From contig OX597815.1 in the NCBI GenBank assembly GCA_951406725.2, forward strand, positions 198,648,001 to 198,712,000: 64,000 nucleotides of DNA, read 5' to 3'. Position numbers and translations under genes: made by a program. The DNA comes from Octopus vulgaris. Taxonomy: Eukaryota. The notes beneath the pieces were generated by a model, which worked only from the letters and a program-made list of their open reading frames with translations, was not told the DNA's origin and did not search any database. Positions 52,690 through 64,000 of this stretch are shown piece by piece; within the stretch, counting starts at the first letter, position 1; every line of letters begins with the position of its first letter.

Positions 52690-54050
52690 GAAAACCCATG
52701 AATGTTCTTTATATCGTTTTATTCGACGTCAAACACTACTTAATCATCTATGAACAAATGGATTTATGTGAATGATCCGAAGAAAAGAAACAGAAATTAA
52801 AACGAATTATTAATTGTATTCATATCGTTAAATAGTAAAAAGAAATTACTACAAAACTTTCTATGTAGCCATTGATATTCTCGGTACTGCATAAATTTGC
52901 CTGTAGTTTTCAGTCTTTATATCATGCATTTACAAGATAATTCGAATATTGTTATGAGAGGCGCATACCGAGATGATGGGCAGAATATTAAACAGAATAT
53001 GTTTGAGAATATGATTGACCAACCATTAGATATATTAAGTAAAAATAAGTCAGTTAATTATTTAAAAATATAAGCTTGACAATTGTTGTTAATCAAATTT
53101 ATAAAAAGTAACTTTTAAATATACGTTTAGATCAAAATTCAAAGAAATAGAAATCTATTAAGAAACCAGCCCAATATATTTAAAGTATAAATAGAGCTCA
53201 AAATCACCAGTATGCCCTAATTATTTATTTGATGAAATGTTAGTATAATGTTTATAGACTTTCCTTCTACAAAATGTCCCCACTCCATTACACAAAAGCT
53301 TTAAACAAAGCAGGTTTAAAGATAAAATTAGTTACATAAATATCATTTATCGGTCACAATAGAATGGAAAGTGCCAAATCATTCAGATCAATGCCAGTTC
53401 AGACTCAATTACAGAACAATCATTGTTAAAAATATCTTTAGCGTATTAGATAAGCACTTCCCAAAAATAATAAATATATATTTTTTTATAGAAATGATGT
53501 TAAATTTAGCTTCGACAGTACATAAATTTACAACATAGAAATATCGATAGCAAAAATTCTAAATTACTATCTACAAAAAACTATTTCCGTTTCACGTAAC
53601 TGCCTTAATGATTCATGGCTTTTGCAATCGATAATTTATTTTACAAATTTATTTACAGCTAATATCTGGTTTTGAAAGACCATATTATGCAAACTGTAAA
53701 TAAATGTAATAGAGAATTTAAGTTCTTTGGAGCCACGTTTATCAAAATACATATGTACTTTGAAAACTTATATGGTTAAGGACCATAAAAAAGTTTTGAA
53801 TATATTACAAAATACCATTCCTTATAAATAATGTAACGATCACTATGAAATCTATCACACAGAGAAAGTGAACATCGTGTTATAAAAAATACTACTTGGA
53901 CATCCATGTATAGCTGATATCTTATCATTACATATCGGCATATTGGTTAGAATATTTATCTTTGCCAATCGACTGAAAAGCATAGAGACTGGTAATGAAT
54001 TTCATATTGTTTCCATTATAATTAGACATTTCCTTAGCTTAGGTAATACA
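52690..54050 (+). mobile_element. Heavily decayed Penelope-like element (GLYRDDG-type RT to endonuclease)
   Basis: GAYRDDG (~52960), KALNKAGLK/DKISY, VLDKHFPK and RLSKYICTLK appear in the expected order. Confidence 0.6.
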
Positions 54051-54140
54051 TAATTATATATATACATATATACATATACATATATACATATATACATATA
54101 TATATATACATATACACATATATATATATACATACATATA

Positions 54141-54181
<41 letters not shown>

Positions 54182-54221
54182 ATATACATACATATATATA
54201 TAGATAAATATATATACATAC

Positions 54222-54315
<94 letters not shown>

Positions 54316-54318
<3 letters not shown>

Positions 54319-55227
54319 TAAAAACGGTAAGATAACAAAAGAAAGAGACCTCAATATTATGTAAATAGAGGAAATTTATCTATAAGATAATATGTTACCA
54401 TTACTCAATAGTCAAGATAAAACTCTGAGTCTCAGATGCCGAAGTGGAAATCCACAATTACATCTCTTCGGTTATCTGGCCATCTGAAAAACGCTATGAA
54501 AAAGTACCGTTATATAAAGGGAAATTACTTATATAAAATAAGATTAAAAGTTCATAGTAAACACGTAAACATTGCTAGTCATACGCTCACATGTGCGCTC
54601 GCGGACCCGCGTGCGTACTTATACGTCACTACGAAAACTTACACATCTTCACTCGCATTTTTCGCCAAATATATACGCATATATATATACAAACTCATAC
54701 ACACACACGCGTACCGTAAAAGTCATACAAACGTCTATATACACACAAGCACAAGAAAAACCATGGTTAAAGGTAACAGAAAAAGGCATAAGGAAGTATA
54801 CAAAGCATAAAAACCACGTTCATATACGGACATGCCTTTATGCATTCATACACACACACGCTCATATATGTACGCGTGTGTGTGTGTATGAGTTTGTATA
54901 TATGTGCGTATATATTTGGCGAAAAATGCGAGTGAAGATGTGTACGTTTTCATAGTGACGTATATGTACGCACGTGGGTCCGCGAGAGCAACATGTGAGC
55001 GTATGACTAGCCACGTTTACGTGTTTACTATGAACTTTTAATCTTATTTTATATAAGTAGCAGAATTATAACAGTAATTTCCCTTTATATAACGGTATTT
55101 TTCATAGCGTTTTTCAGATGGCCCGATAACCGGATAACCGAAGGGATGGTGTTGTGGATTTCCACTTCGGCATCTGAAACTCAGAGTTTTATCTTGACTA
55201 TTCAGTAATTGTAACATATTATTTTAT

Positions 55228-55231
<4 letters not shown>
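54316..55231. repeat. Inverted pair of ~340-360-bp repeats (probable PLE pseudo-LTRs) between two (TA)n tracts
   Basis: 54378-54714 is the reverse complement of 54870-55231, with a ~155-bp spacer. The PLE link is inferred from adjacency and a hammerhead-like motif. Confidence 0.8.
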
Positions 55232-55266
<35 letters not shown>

Positions 55267-55303
55267 TATATACATATATATATACATATATATATACATA
55301 TAT

Positions 55304-55379
<76 letters not shown>

Positions 55380-56233
55380 ATATATATATCCTCGTATACT
55401 CGAAAATACGTGGCTGAAATATCTAACTGACCTACATAATAAATTTTCAGTTATATAAAAGATTGTTACTTTATAGTTTTTACTGAATTCTTTTCTCTAC
55501 ATTATTTCATTCATAAATACAAAATTGTTGCAATTACCATACTGATTGCATGTTAATTTATGAGTACCAGAACCTAACAGCCAACTCACAGCTAGTCAAC
55601 ATCATTGTATCGAGTACTTTGCTCTTCTAGATAATATACACATCAATATAGTTCCTTCCAATATCTAATATTCAAATGTATTTGTTAGTGTTTGTACATC
55701 GGTGTCTGTGTGCGTCAGTGTGCGCTGATATAAATGACTAGAAATAAAAATTATTTATATAGCTATGTTCTGCATTCATATCGACCAGTCATTTAACACA
55801 TACACCAATAATAGTTATTAATCTCTTCTTTATGCCTTAGTTACCAAATTCTTTCTTCACATTTGTGCAAATTGTTCACTGATCTCTACCGTATCTGTCA
55901 AACAGTAGTATCATTAGTTCATAACGTTTTTGTTCTCTCATCATTAATCTTTCTGAATTGTTCTGACCGTTTGATAATACTCGACATATACGGCTTTGAT
56001 CAATAAACAGGTGACAAGAATAAGATAAAAGTATTTTAGGGCTGAACAATAACGATAGGGATAACAATAATGATTTTTACTGTGTGATTTAGTTACTGAC
56101 AAAAATTTCTCTTGCTATGCTATCAATGATATGCAACAATATTTGCTTCAATAAACGCTTGGAAAATCTTTTGGTAAATTATATCGCACGAAAGCGCGCC
56201 CACACACACGTACATGGATGGATGTGTGGATGA

Positions 56234-56301
<68 letters not shown>

Positions 56302-56309
56302 GTAGATAA

Positions 56310-56365
<56 letters not shown>

Positions 56366-56374
56366 GTAGGTAGG

Positions 56375-56472
<98 letters not shown>
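56234..56472. repeat. (GATA)n microsatellite
   Basis: Direct observation. Confidence 0.97.
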
Positions 56473-56628
56473 TTTGCATGCCGCTTTGTAAGTCGTATAG
56501 CTGAGGTAAATAGAGCAACGCGATATTACAACACTTGAGAGAGCCTCTCTTTCTCGTTTGCTTTTGCTCCATTTTGTACAGACAGAGAGATTGACAGAGA
56601 GATAGACATACACACAAAAACGCACACA

Positions 56629-56667
<39 letters not shown>

Positions 56668-57496
56668 TTAGAAGAGTTGAAAGCAAAATTCTCAATGGTA
56701 TGTGAAAATTTCATCATTATGTTCTGCTGTTTCTACAATTAAAATAAAATGAAAACATAATCTTCTACATAATCAGTACGTAATTAATATACGAAAACTG
56801 AATAATAAATTAATTAAATGAATGATATGAGTAAACCGATTCCTCGGGAACAAGAACTTCAATTCATTTCTTAATGAAATAGTTTCTTCATCTTCTTCAT
56901 TAATTAATTGTGTATTTTTTTAATATATTAATTCCATAAGGAAAATACTGATGATGCTTTTATTTTAACAGTGGAATCATTTCAGAATATAATAATACAA
57001 TTTAAAATATTTTTCAAGTATTTGCTTTCTATTGTTCTAAATATTTTCCTCGAAACATTGGTTTCAGCCAATTTAATTCTATTCAAATTTATTCCTATGC
57101 AGGCAATTGCAAAGAAGTAATAATACACTAGAAATTAAGGAAATACTAAACAATTAAGCTTTTAAATTCGGTGGATATACCTGAATTGTGCAATATATTA
57201 AATATACACGCAATTACATACGTACTCATTATATTCAGCCATCTTCTCTACCCGAAATTTCTGAAAGGGATATGGGGGTAGAGTCTGCTATAGGGTCCTA
57301 CCAGAAGCAAGTACCACCACACTTTACGGCTGGAGTCCCAAACATGGATATTGTCTACACATTTTTCCTTAGGTCTTCAGAGGTCTGTTAGAAATGCATT
57401 TATGTATGCATATATATTGCTACAGCAGCAACATTGCAACAGTTGCAGTATGTGTTGTTCAGGATTACTGTTAATGATGTTTCTGCAGCAGAGATA

Positions 57497-57690
<194 letters not shown>

Positions 57691-58119
57691 CAAATTCATC
57701 TCCCATTTCGAAGGTAATAGTTTGCATAATAGATATAGATTTTAAAAAAAAACGCTATTATCAAGAATATTGTTCAATACTGTCATTTTTTACTTTTCTA
57801 TATTTTTTTCTCTCCGTTTCTCTTAAACTCTCACACAGAAGAGGTCTAGAGGCCTGCGGTGTATAATGTGATATACAGCAAAAATATAAAAGAAAATGGT
57901 CTATCAGAAGCCACCCACTGTTCAAATTGGGGAATGCTTTTTATACATATCACCACTTAACAATCAATCGCTAACAGAAACACTCTCGCTCTGACTCACA
58001 GGTGTACTGTCTTCTCTCTGTATCTTTCTTATCACTATTAATATCAGTGACTGACCTCTGTTTCTCGGAGCTGTCTGGTCCTGTACCTCTTCCACCAACC
58101 ACTATAGTTGTTAGATTCC

Positions 58120-59012
58120 CTTAGAAAATTAGACGTGAGGAATCCTCAATTTCTTCAAGAAAAATATACATGCAGTTAGTAGATACATACTTCCCTATAA
58201 ACCATAGATACAATAAAATCTTTAACAGTCCATAATAAAAGTTACCTTTGCTTGTCCTCCAAATGTTCAGTCGTATGTCAATAAACAACGGACGGTTCAA
58301 GTCTGCCGCGAATGCATATGTAGATACAAAGCTAAATATCTTCTACAACAGGAATGCGAAATATCTTCTGTTATTTATGAAGTTCAGTTTTCGGAAAACT
58401 ACGACAATAGGCGTGCAAATATCAAACGTTATATCGGAACCGTAGAAAGAAAATTTAAATCTAGATATAAAAACCATCTTTCGAATTTTAGGTATCGTGA
58501 TAATATACATTCAAGAATCCTTTCGGTTTTTTTCTAGGAACTTAAAGACGAAGGCACTAATTTCGATATCAAATGGAAAGTACTCTTTAAATCCAGCCCT
58601 ATATTAACTGTTCAAAAAATGTTTAGTGTGTTCGTTTCAAAAACTGTGTCTGTTAAAAATACTTGAGAATATACACTCAAGAAACGTGATTCTTTTCTTT
58701 GTCAATATTTCAAGAAATAAAACTTGTCGGAATTTTAAAATAGACCACCGGACGCTTAGAAAACTATTAACAACTGGTTTACGTCTGCTTGACACCGAAC
58801 TATTGTAACGTGAGTTATCGCTATTGGGTTTTTCGTTTAACTGATAAACGGTCTTCTTTTCAGCTTGATAAATGGAGGAATATATTATTATTTCAACGAC
58901 GATACCCTGGGTATATGCGATCAAAAGGTATGGAGTTTTCAATATATATATATGTTAAATTTAAAACTACAAATCTTATGACTACATATACCCAGGGTAT
59001 CCTAGTTGAAAT

Positions 59013-59013
<1 letters not shown>
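58120..59013 (+). mobile_element. Penelope-like element relic: RT thumb, Cys linker and GIY-YIG endonuclease
   Basis: LVDTYFPINHRYNKIFN, ECICRYK..ECEISSVIYEV, KRYIGTVERKFKSRYKNHLSNFR and ELKDEGTNFDIKWKV; ends in a 28-bp inverted repeat (58890-58917 vs 58986-59013). Confidence 0.8.
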
Positions 59014-59078
<65 letters not shown>

Positions 59079-59081
<3 letters not shown>

Positions 59082-59480
59082 CGCAGGAGTGGCTGTGTGG
59101 TAAGTAGCTTGCTTACCAACCACATGGTTCCGGGTTCAGTCCCACTTGCTGGCACCTTGGGCAAGTGTCTTCTACTTTTGTCTCGGGCCGACCAAAGCCT
59201 TGTGAGTGGATTTGGTAGACGGAAACTGAAAGAATCCCGTCGTATATATATATATATATGCGTGTGTGTTCGTGTGTCTGTGTTGGTCCCCCTAGCATTG
59301 CTTGACAACCGATGCTGGTGTGTTTATGCCCCCGTCGCTTAGCGGTTCGGCAAAAGAGACCGATAGAATAAGTACTGGGCTTGCAAAGAATAAGTCCCGG
59401 GGTCGAGTTGCTCGACTAAAGGTGGTGCTCCAGCATGGCCGCAGTCAAATGACTGAAACAAGTAAAAGAGTAAAAAGAGA

Positions 59481-59482
<2 letters not shown>
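59079..59482 (+). mobile_element. SINE family A inserted in (TA)n
   Basis: Complete copy with (TA)n on both sides. Confidence 0.93.
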
Positions 59483-59543
<61 letters not shown>

Positions 59544-59560
59544 TATATATATATATATAT

Positions 59561-60180
59561 AATTAATAATATCAAAAGGTAATCAGAAGTATTTGAAATT
59601 TCCAGTACCAGTGGCCTAGCTTGTAAACATTTAGTCAGTCAATAGACTATAAATAGTAAACGTTTCTTTTATTTTTCATTCCCTTCGAAATTTTATCCTT
59701 AATAGTAGTTGGGAATTTAACTGTCCTCTGTAGCGTGCAAGGAGTCCTGTGGTGGATGACCCCGCTAGGCCACTGGTAACGAAAATTTCTAATATTTCTG
59801 AATACCCTTTGATATTATTAATTATTGATCATTTTTCTGGATAATTTTCGAATTGAAAAGTCGGCATTTTATTTGCTGCCGACAAGGAGCTGCGCTTGCG
59901 CGGTAGATTTGAAAAGTTAGAATGTATAATCACGGGGCATATACTGGATTGCCTCCTGTATATATATTTGATCTAAGGTGTACCTGCTGAAGAGGACTTC
60001 GCCTAGTAAATTGTTTTATTTGCTAAAACAATGTCTGAAACTATTGGCCCAGGAGCTAGATGGTAATTCTTTTTAATTTTCATTCCCTTGGAAATTTTAT
60101 CCCTAATAGTGGTTTTGAATTTAGCTGTCCTCTCTAGCATACAAGGAGTCCTGTGATGGATGTCTTTTATGTCTTTAAAT
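59561..60180. mobile_element. PLE-type terminal-repeat structure (inverted plus direct repeats, hammerhead-like motif)
   Basis: 60-bp inverted repeat (59561-59620 vs 59764-59824); ~86-bp direct repeat (59672-59758 vs 60077-60162); CTGAAGA..GAAAC core at 59987-60041; flanked by (TA)n. Confidence 0.6.
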
Positions 60181-60194
60181 GTACACTGTATTTG

Positions 60195-60291
<97 letters not shown>

Positions 60292-60582
60292 TTATGCATG
60301 TATGTATGTATATATATATTTATATGTATGTAAGTGTCTCTGGCTGTTTCAGAAGTATGTATATATGTTTTATCTTTTATTTCAGTCATTAGAATGCGAC
60401 CATGCTTGGGGCACAGCCTTGAAGAATTTTAGTTGAATGAATTTTCTCAAGCATTGTAGGTATTCTCTCGAACTCTTTCCTGAATCGCTAGGTTAAAGGG
60501 ACGCAAGCACACGAACACCGACTGTCAAGTGATGGTTGGGCAACAAACACAGACACGAAGATACATACAGGGAATATAGATA

Positions 60583-60808
60583 CTCTCTTTACTCTTTACT
60601 CTTTTACTTGTTTCAGTCATTTTGACTGCGGCCATGCTGGAGCACCGCCTTTAATCGAGCAACTCGACCCCGGGACTTATTCTTTTGTAAGCCCAGTACT
60701 TATTCTATCGGTCTCTTTTTGCCGAACCGCTAAGTGACGGGGACGTAAACACACCAGCATCGGTTGTCAAGCAATGCTAGGGGGACAAACACAGGCACAC
60801 AAACATAT

Positions 60809-60839
<31 letters not shown>

Positions 60840-61014
60840 CATATATACGACAGGCTTCTTCCAGTTTCCGTCTACCAAATCCACTCACAAGGCTTTGGTC
60901 GGCCCGAGGCTATAGCAGAAGAAGACACTTGCCCAAGATGCCACGCAGTGGGACTGAACCCGGAACCATGTGGTTGGTAAACAAGCTACTTACCACACAG
61001 CCACTCCTGCGCCT
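60583..61014 (-). mobile_element. SINE family A
   Basis: Complete copy, very similar to 59079-59482 in the opposite orientation. Confidence 0.93.
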
Positions 61015-61451
61015 ATATATACTTTTTAAAATTTATTTACGGGAGACATTTCGGATATGCAAATAAAGCTCCTATACCATTACGCTGGCAACAGTATAAT
61101 GACGTTCACTGGTAGACCTGTTATCTGGATGTGCATCGAGCTGTACCGATATAATGTAGGATAAATATAGAAATAATAATAATAATCCTTTGATGGGATT
61201 TATAAATTCCATCACAGGATTATTGTTACATATATATATATATATATATATAACTATAAATAAGGGTGTCCGAGAGACACCACCATGCTGAAATAGCAGT
61301 CAAATCCCAGACTCCAAAAACCACCTTAAATGTTCATATCGCGCCATATCGGACACCCTTATTTATTGTTGTATAAAAATGATTACCTTTGTATGATATT
61401 TATTCCCATGCTGGCCACTTGATAATATCGATACTTAAACATCGATATTAT

Positions 61452-61517
<66 letters not shown>

Positions 61518-62624
61518 ATATATATAATGGGCTTTTTTTAGTTTCCGTCTACCAAATCCACTAACAATGACATGGTCGGCCCGATCCTACGGTAGAAGAG
61601 ACTTGCACAAATTCCTCGCAGTGGGGTTGAATCCGGAACGTTGTGGTTGGGAAAGGATTTTCTTAACACACAGCTACGCCTGTTGTAAAAAGCTTAATAG
61701 ATGTAATAAGCTTAATGTACAGCTGAATAAACTAATAGATTTAACAGAAAGCTGCGAGTATAAATCAATCTAAATGTAATGTGAGCAGTCTTAAACCTTC
61801 AGATTTATACAACGTCAACTAGAAAATACCTGAGTTACTTAGTTTGGCTTTAAATCCTTTTGCAGCCTCTCCAAATCTGGCCACCCGTCTGTAGCTGGCC
61901 ATGCAGATATTATACCATTCAACAATTTATAGCTATGGGTTCACTGAACTTGTTCCGACCAATAGCAAATACAACTAATCTTTTTCACATACTAGCTTCA
62001 TTAATAAACTAATGGTTCTTGAGCAATGTTTCTCCTGGTAATAATTTAAGCAGAATAAATCTATATGTATTTCAGCCAGCAAAGCCTGTGTAAGATTTTC
62101 CTAGTTGTATCCGCCAACCAGCCGTGTGTAAGTACTTCTTTTCCTTATATAATATCTCTTCTTTTTCAAACCCGTAGTCAAAACAAATTTTAATGAATAA
62201 TTAATATCAGGAAGAATAAGTGAAACTTTAAACAAACCTTGTTGAACCAGAATGACTACACAGACGGTGTTTACCTCATGGTTTATTTAAAATTAATGTT
62301 TATTTAAATTTGAATATATTATAGTTCAAGCAAAAAATACATATAAATGATAATTAATAGATTTAGCAAGTCATATTGTAATTAACCAAAACAGGCAACA
62401 GAAATAAAGAGAGTCTCCTATGAGTTGATTTACTCTGAGATACTCAGATCAAGGAAAGATTAATCAATTTATATGTAAATCTAACATATATTTTTGATGG
62501 TTATGAAAGGAATAATAAGAACAAATATCTATAGATGCAAAATTTATATTTAGGAGGGTTGACAAAAAGAAATATAAATTTGTTATATGTTGTTAACGTC
62601 TGTTAGTAGTTATCGACAAGCTAA

Positions 62625-62790
62625 GTTATAATGGTCACAGGTTCGTGTGTCACATAGCTAGCTAGAGGCGATGGCCCCTTGGAGCTACTCAACGGCAGCA
62701 TTCATCCTATTTTCTGGACTGCCACGTTAGCTTCAAGAGACCATTGCCTCGAGCTAGCTATGTGATACACGAACCTGTGTCCATTATAAC
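62625..62790. repeat. 166-bp hairpin (63-75-bp arms)
   Basis: GTTATAATGGTCACAGGTTCGTGTGTCACATAGCTAGC.. is mirrored by ..GCTAGCTATGTGATACACGAACCTGTGTCCATTATAAC. Confidence 0.9.
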
Positions 62791-63354
62791 CTTCGAACAT
62801 GGACTACCATGTGCCTCCACATCTGTTGTACATATACATGCAAAACAAAACACACGGACGTATGTATATGCAAATATATACGTGTACATATACACGTATA
62901 TATTATATATATGGTTATGTGTCTATACGATATGAATATTATCTTATAAAGTTTGCAGAACACTTTTTCCATCTTAGCGTAACTATCTCTTCCGAAGTGA
63001 TCTTTCAAAAGTTTTTCTTCTATGGAAAATATGCCGAAGATATGACATAAAATATATAATACTCACTTAACGGATACACGGCTGATGTCGTCCCATAATA
63101 TATTGTATCTTTTCTATTTTTTTATACAATATTTCATGTCTTTTACATTTTATCATATATCTTATATATAATACAATATATTACTGGTTTCTTTTCCTTA
63201 TTCATATGGCACAATATCCTGATTCAATATAGAAAAGTAATTTAGAGACGATATCACTGCTTTCTTGTTTCAAAATTCGAAAAACTTTTCCTCGAAAGAC
63301 AAACATTTATGGAAATTTAATATTAACGTTAATGCTATACGCCATATTCCAGTA

Positions 63355-63553
63355 ACACACACGCACATACACACACGCACATACACACACACACAAACAC
63401 ACACTCTCACACACATATTTATATATATTCATATATATACATACGTATATATATATATGTTTGTGTATATATACATATGTATATACACACATATAATGCA
63501 CATACATATAACATATATATAAATGTAATATACATAAATACACATAAATATTT

Positions 63554-63612
<59 letters not shown>

Positions 63613-63844
63613 CACATATACATACATATAATATTATGTCATACGTTATATTATATATGAAGTTTTAATAAAAGTTTCTATATGCATTCAAAATATTTGA
63701 AATAATTATCCTTCATTTATCCTTGAATATAAGATCATGTGCCATGAACATTTTTTTTAAAAAAGGAAATTGCATAAGCATACCGTCGAATAACACAGAC
63801 CTACCTTTAACAGGTGTGTAAATCTACAATATTCTTAAAGATAC

Positions 63845-63913
<69 letters not shown>

Positions 63914-64000
63914 TTTATATATTTAAGAATTGTTAATTAAAAAACCATATATATATATATATATATACGTATTTAAGTATGTATATATACTTATATATAT
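63355..64000. repeat. (CA)n/(TA)n microsatellite-rich block
   Basis: Direct observation. Confidence 0.9.

Noticed and set aside
58300-58385. Possible selenocysteine (UGA) codons in the PLE Cys linker, as reported for some Naiad PLEs
   Set aside because: The Cys-equivalent positions read TGC, TGT, TAT and TGC, with no in-frame TGA.

Overview
AT-rich, gene-poor eukaryotic DNA. The dense microsatellites, several tRNA-derived SINE families and the mix of mariner, Penelope-like (PLE), RTE, CR1-group and R4/Dong LINE relics look like an octopus (coleoid cephalopod) genome; that assignment is inferred, not proven. No intact, recognisable protein-coding gene is present. Almost all ORFs in the supplied track are microsatellite or SINE read-throughs, or broken transposon frames. 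Most notable: (1) (ATT/TAA)n arrays holding R4/Dong LINE 3' ends and two copies of an unclassified ~530-560 bp non-coding element; (2) PLE relics with degenerate hammerhead-ribozyme-like motifs and inverted terminal repeats; (3) several long inverted repeats (about 165 bp, 400 bp, 850 bp and 1.7 kb spans); (4) an exact 7 x 133 bp tandem array; (5) a tentative minus-strand spliced ORF (four exons, 23.7-32.3 kb) whose splice phases join in frame. All coordinates, alignments and translations were read by eye and may be off by a few bases. Family names come from remembered motifs, not database searches.
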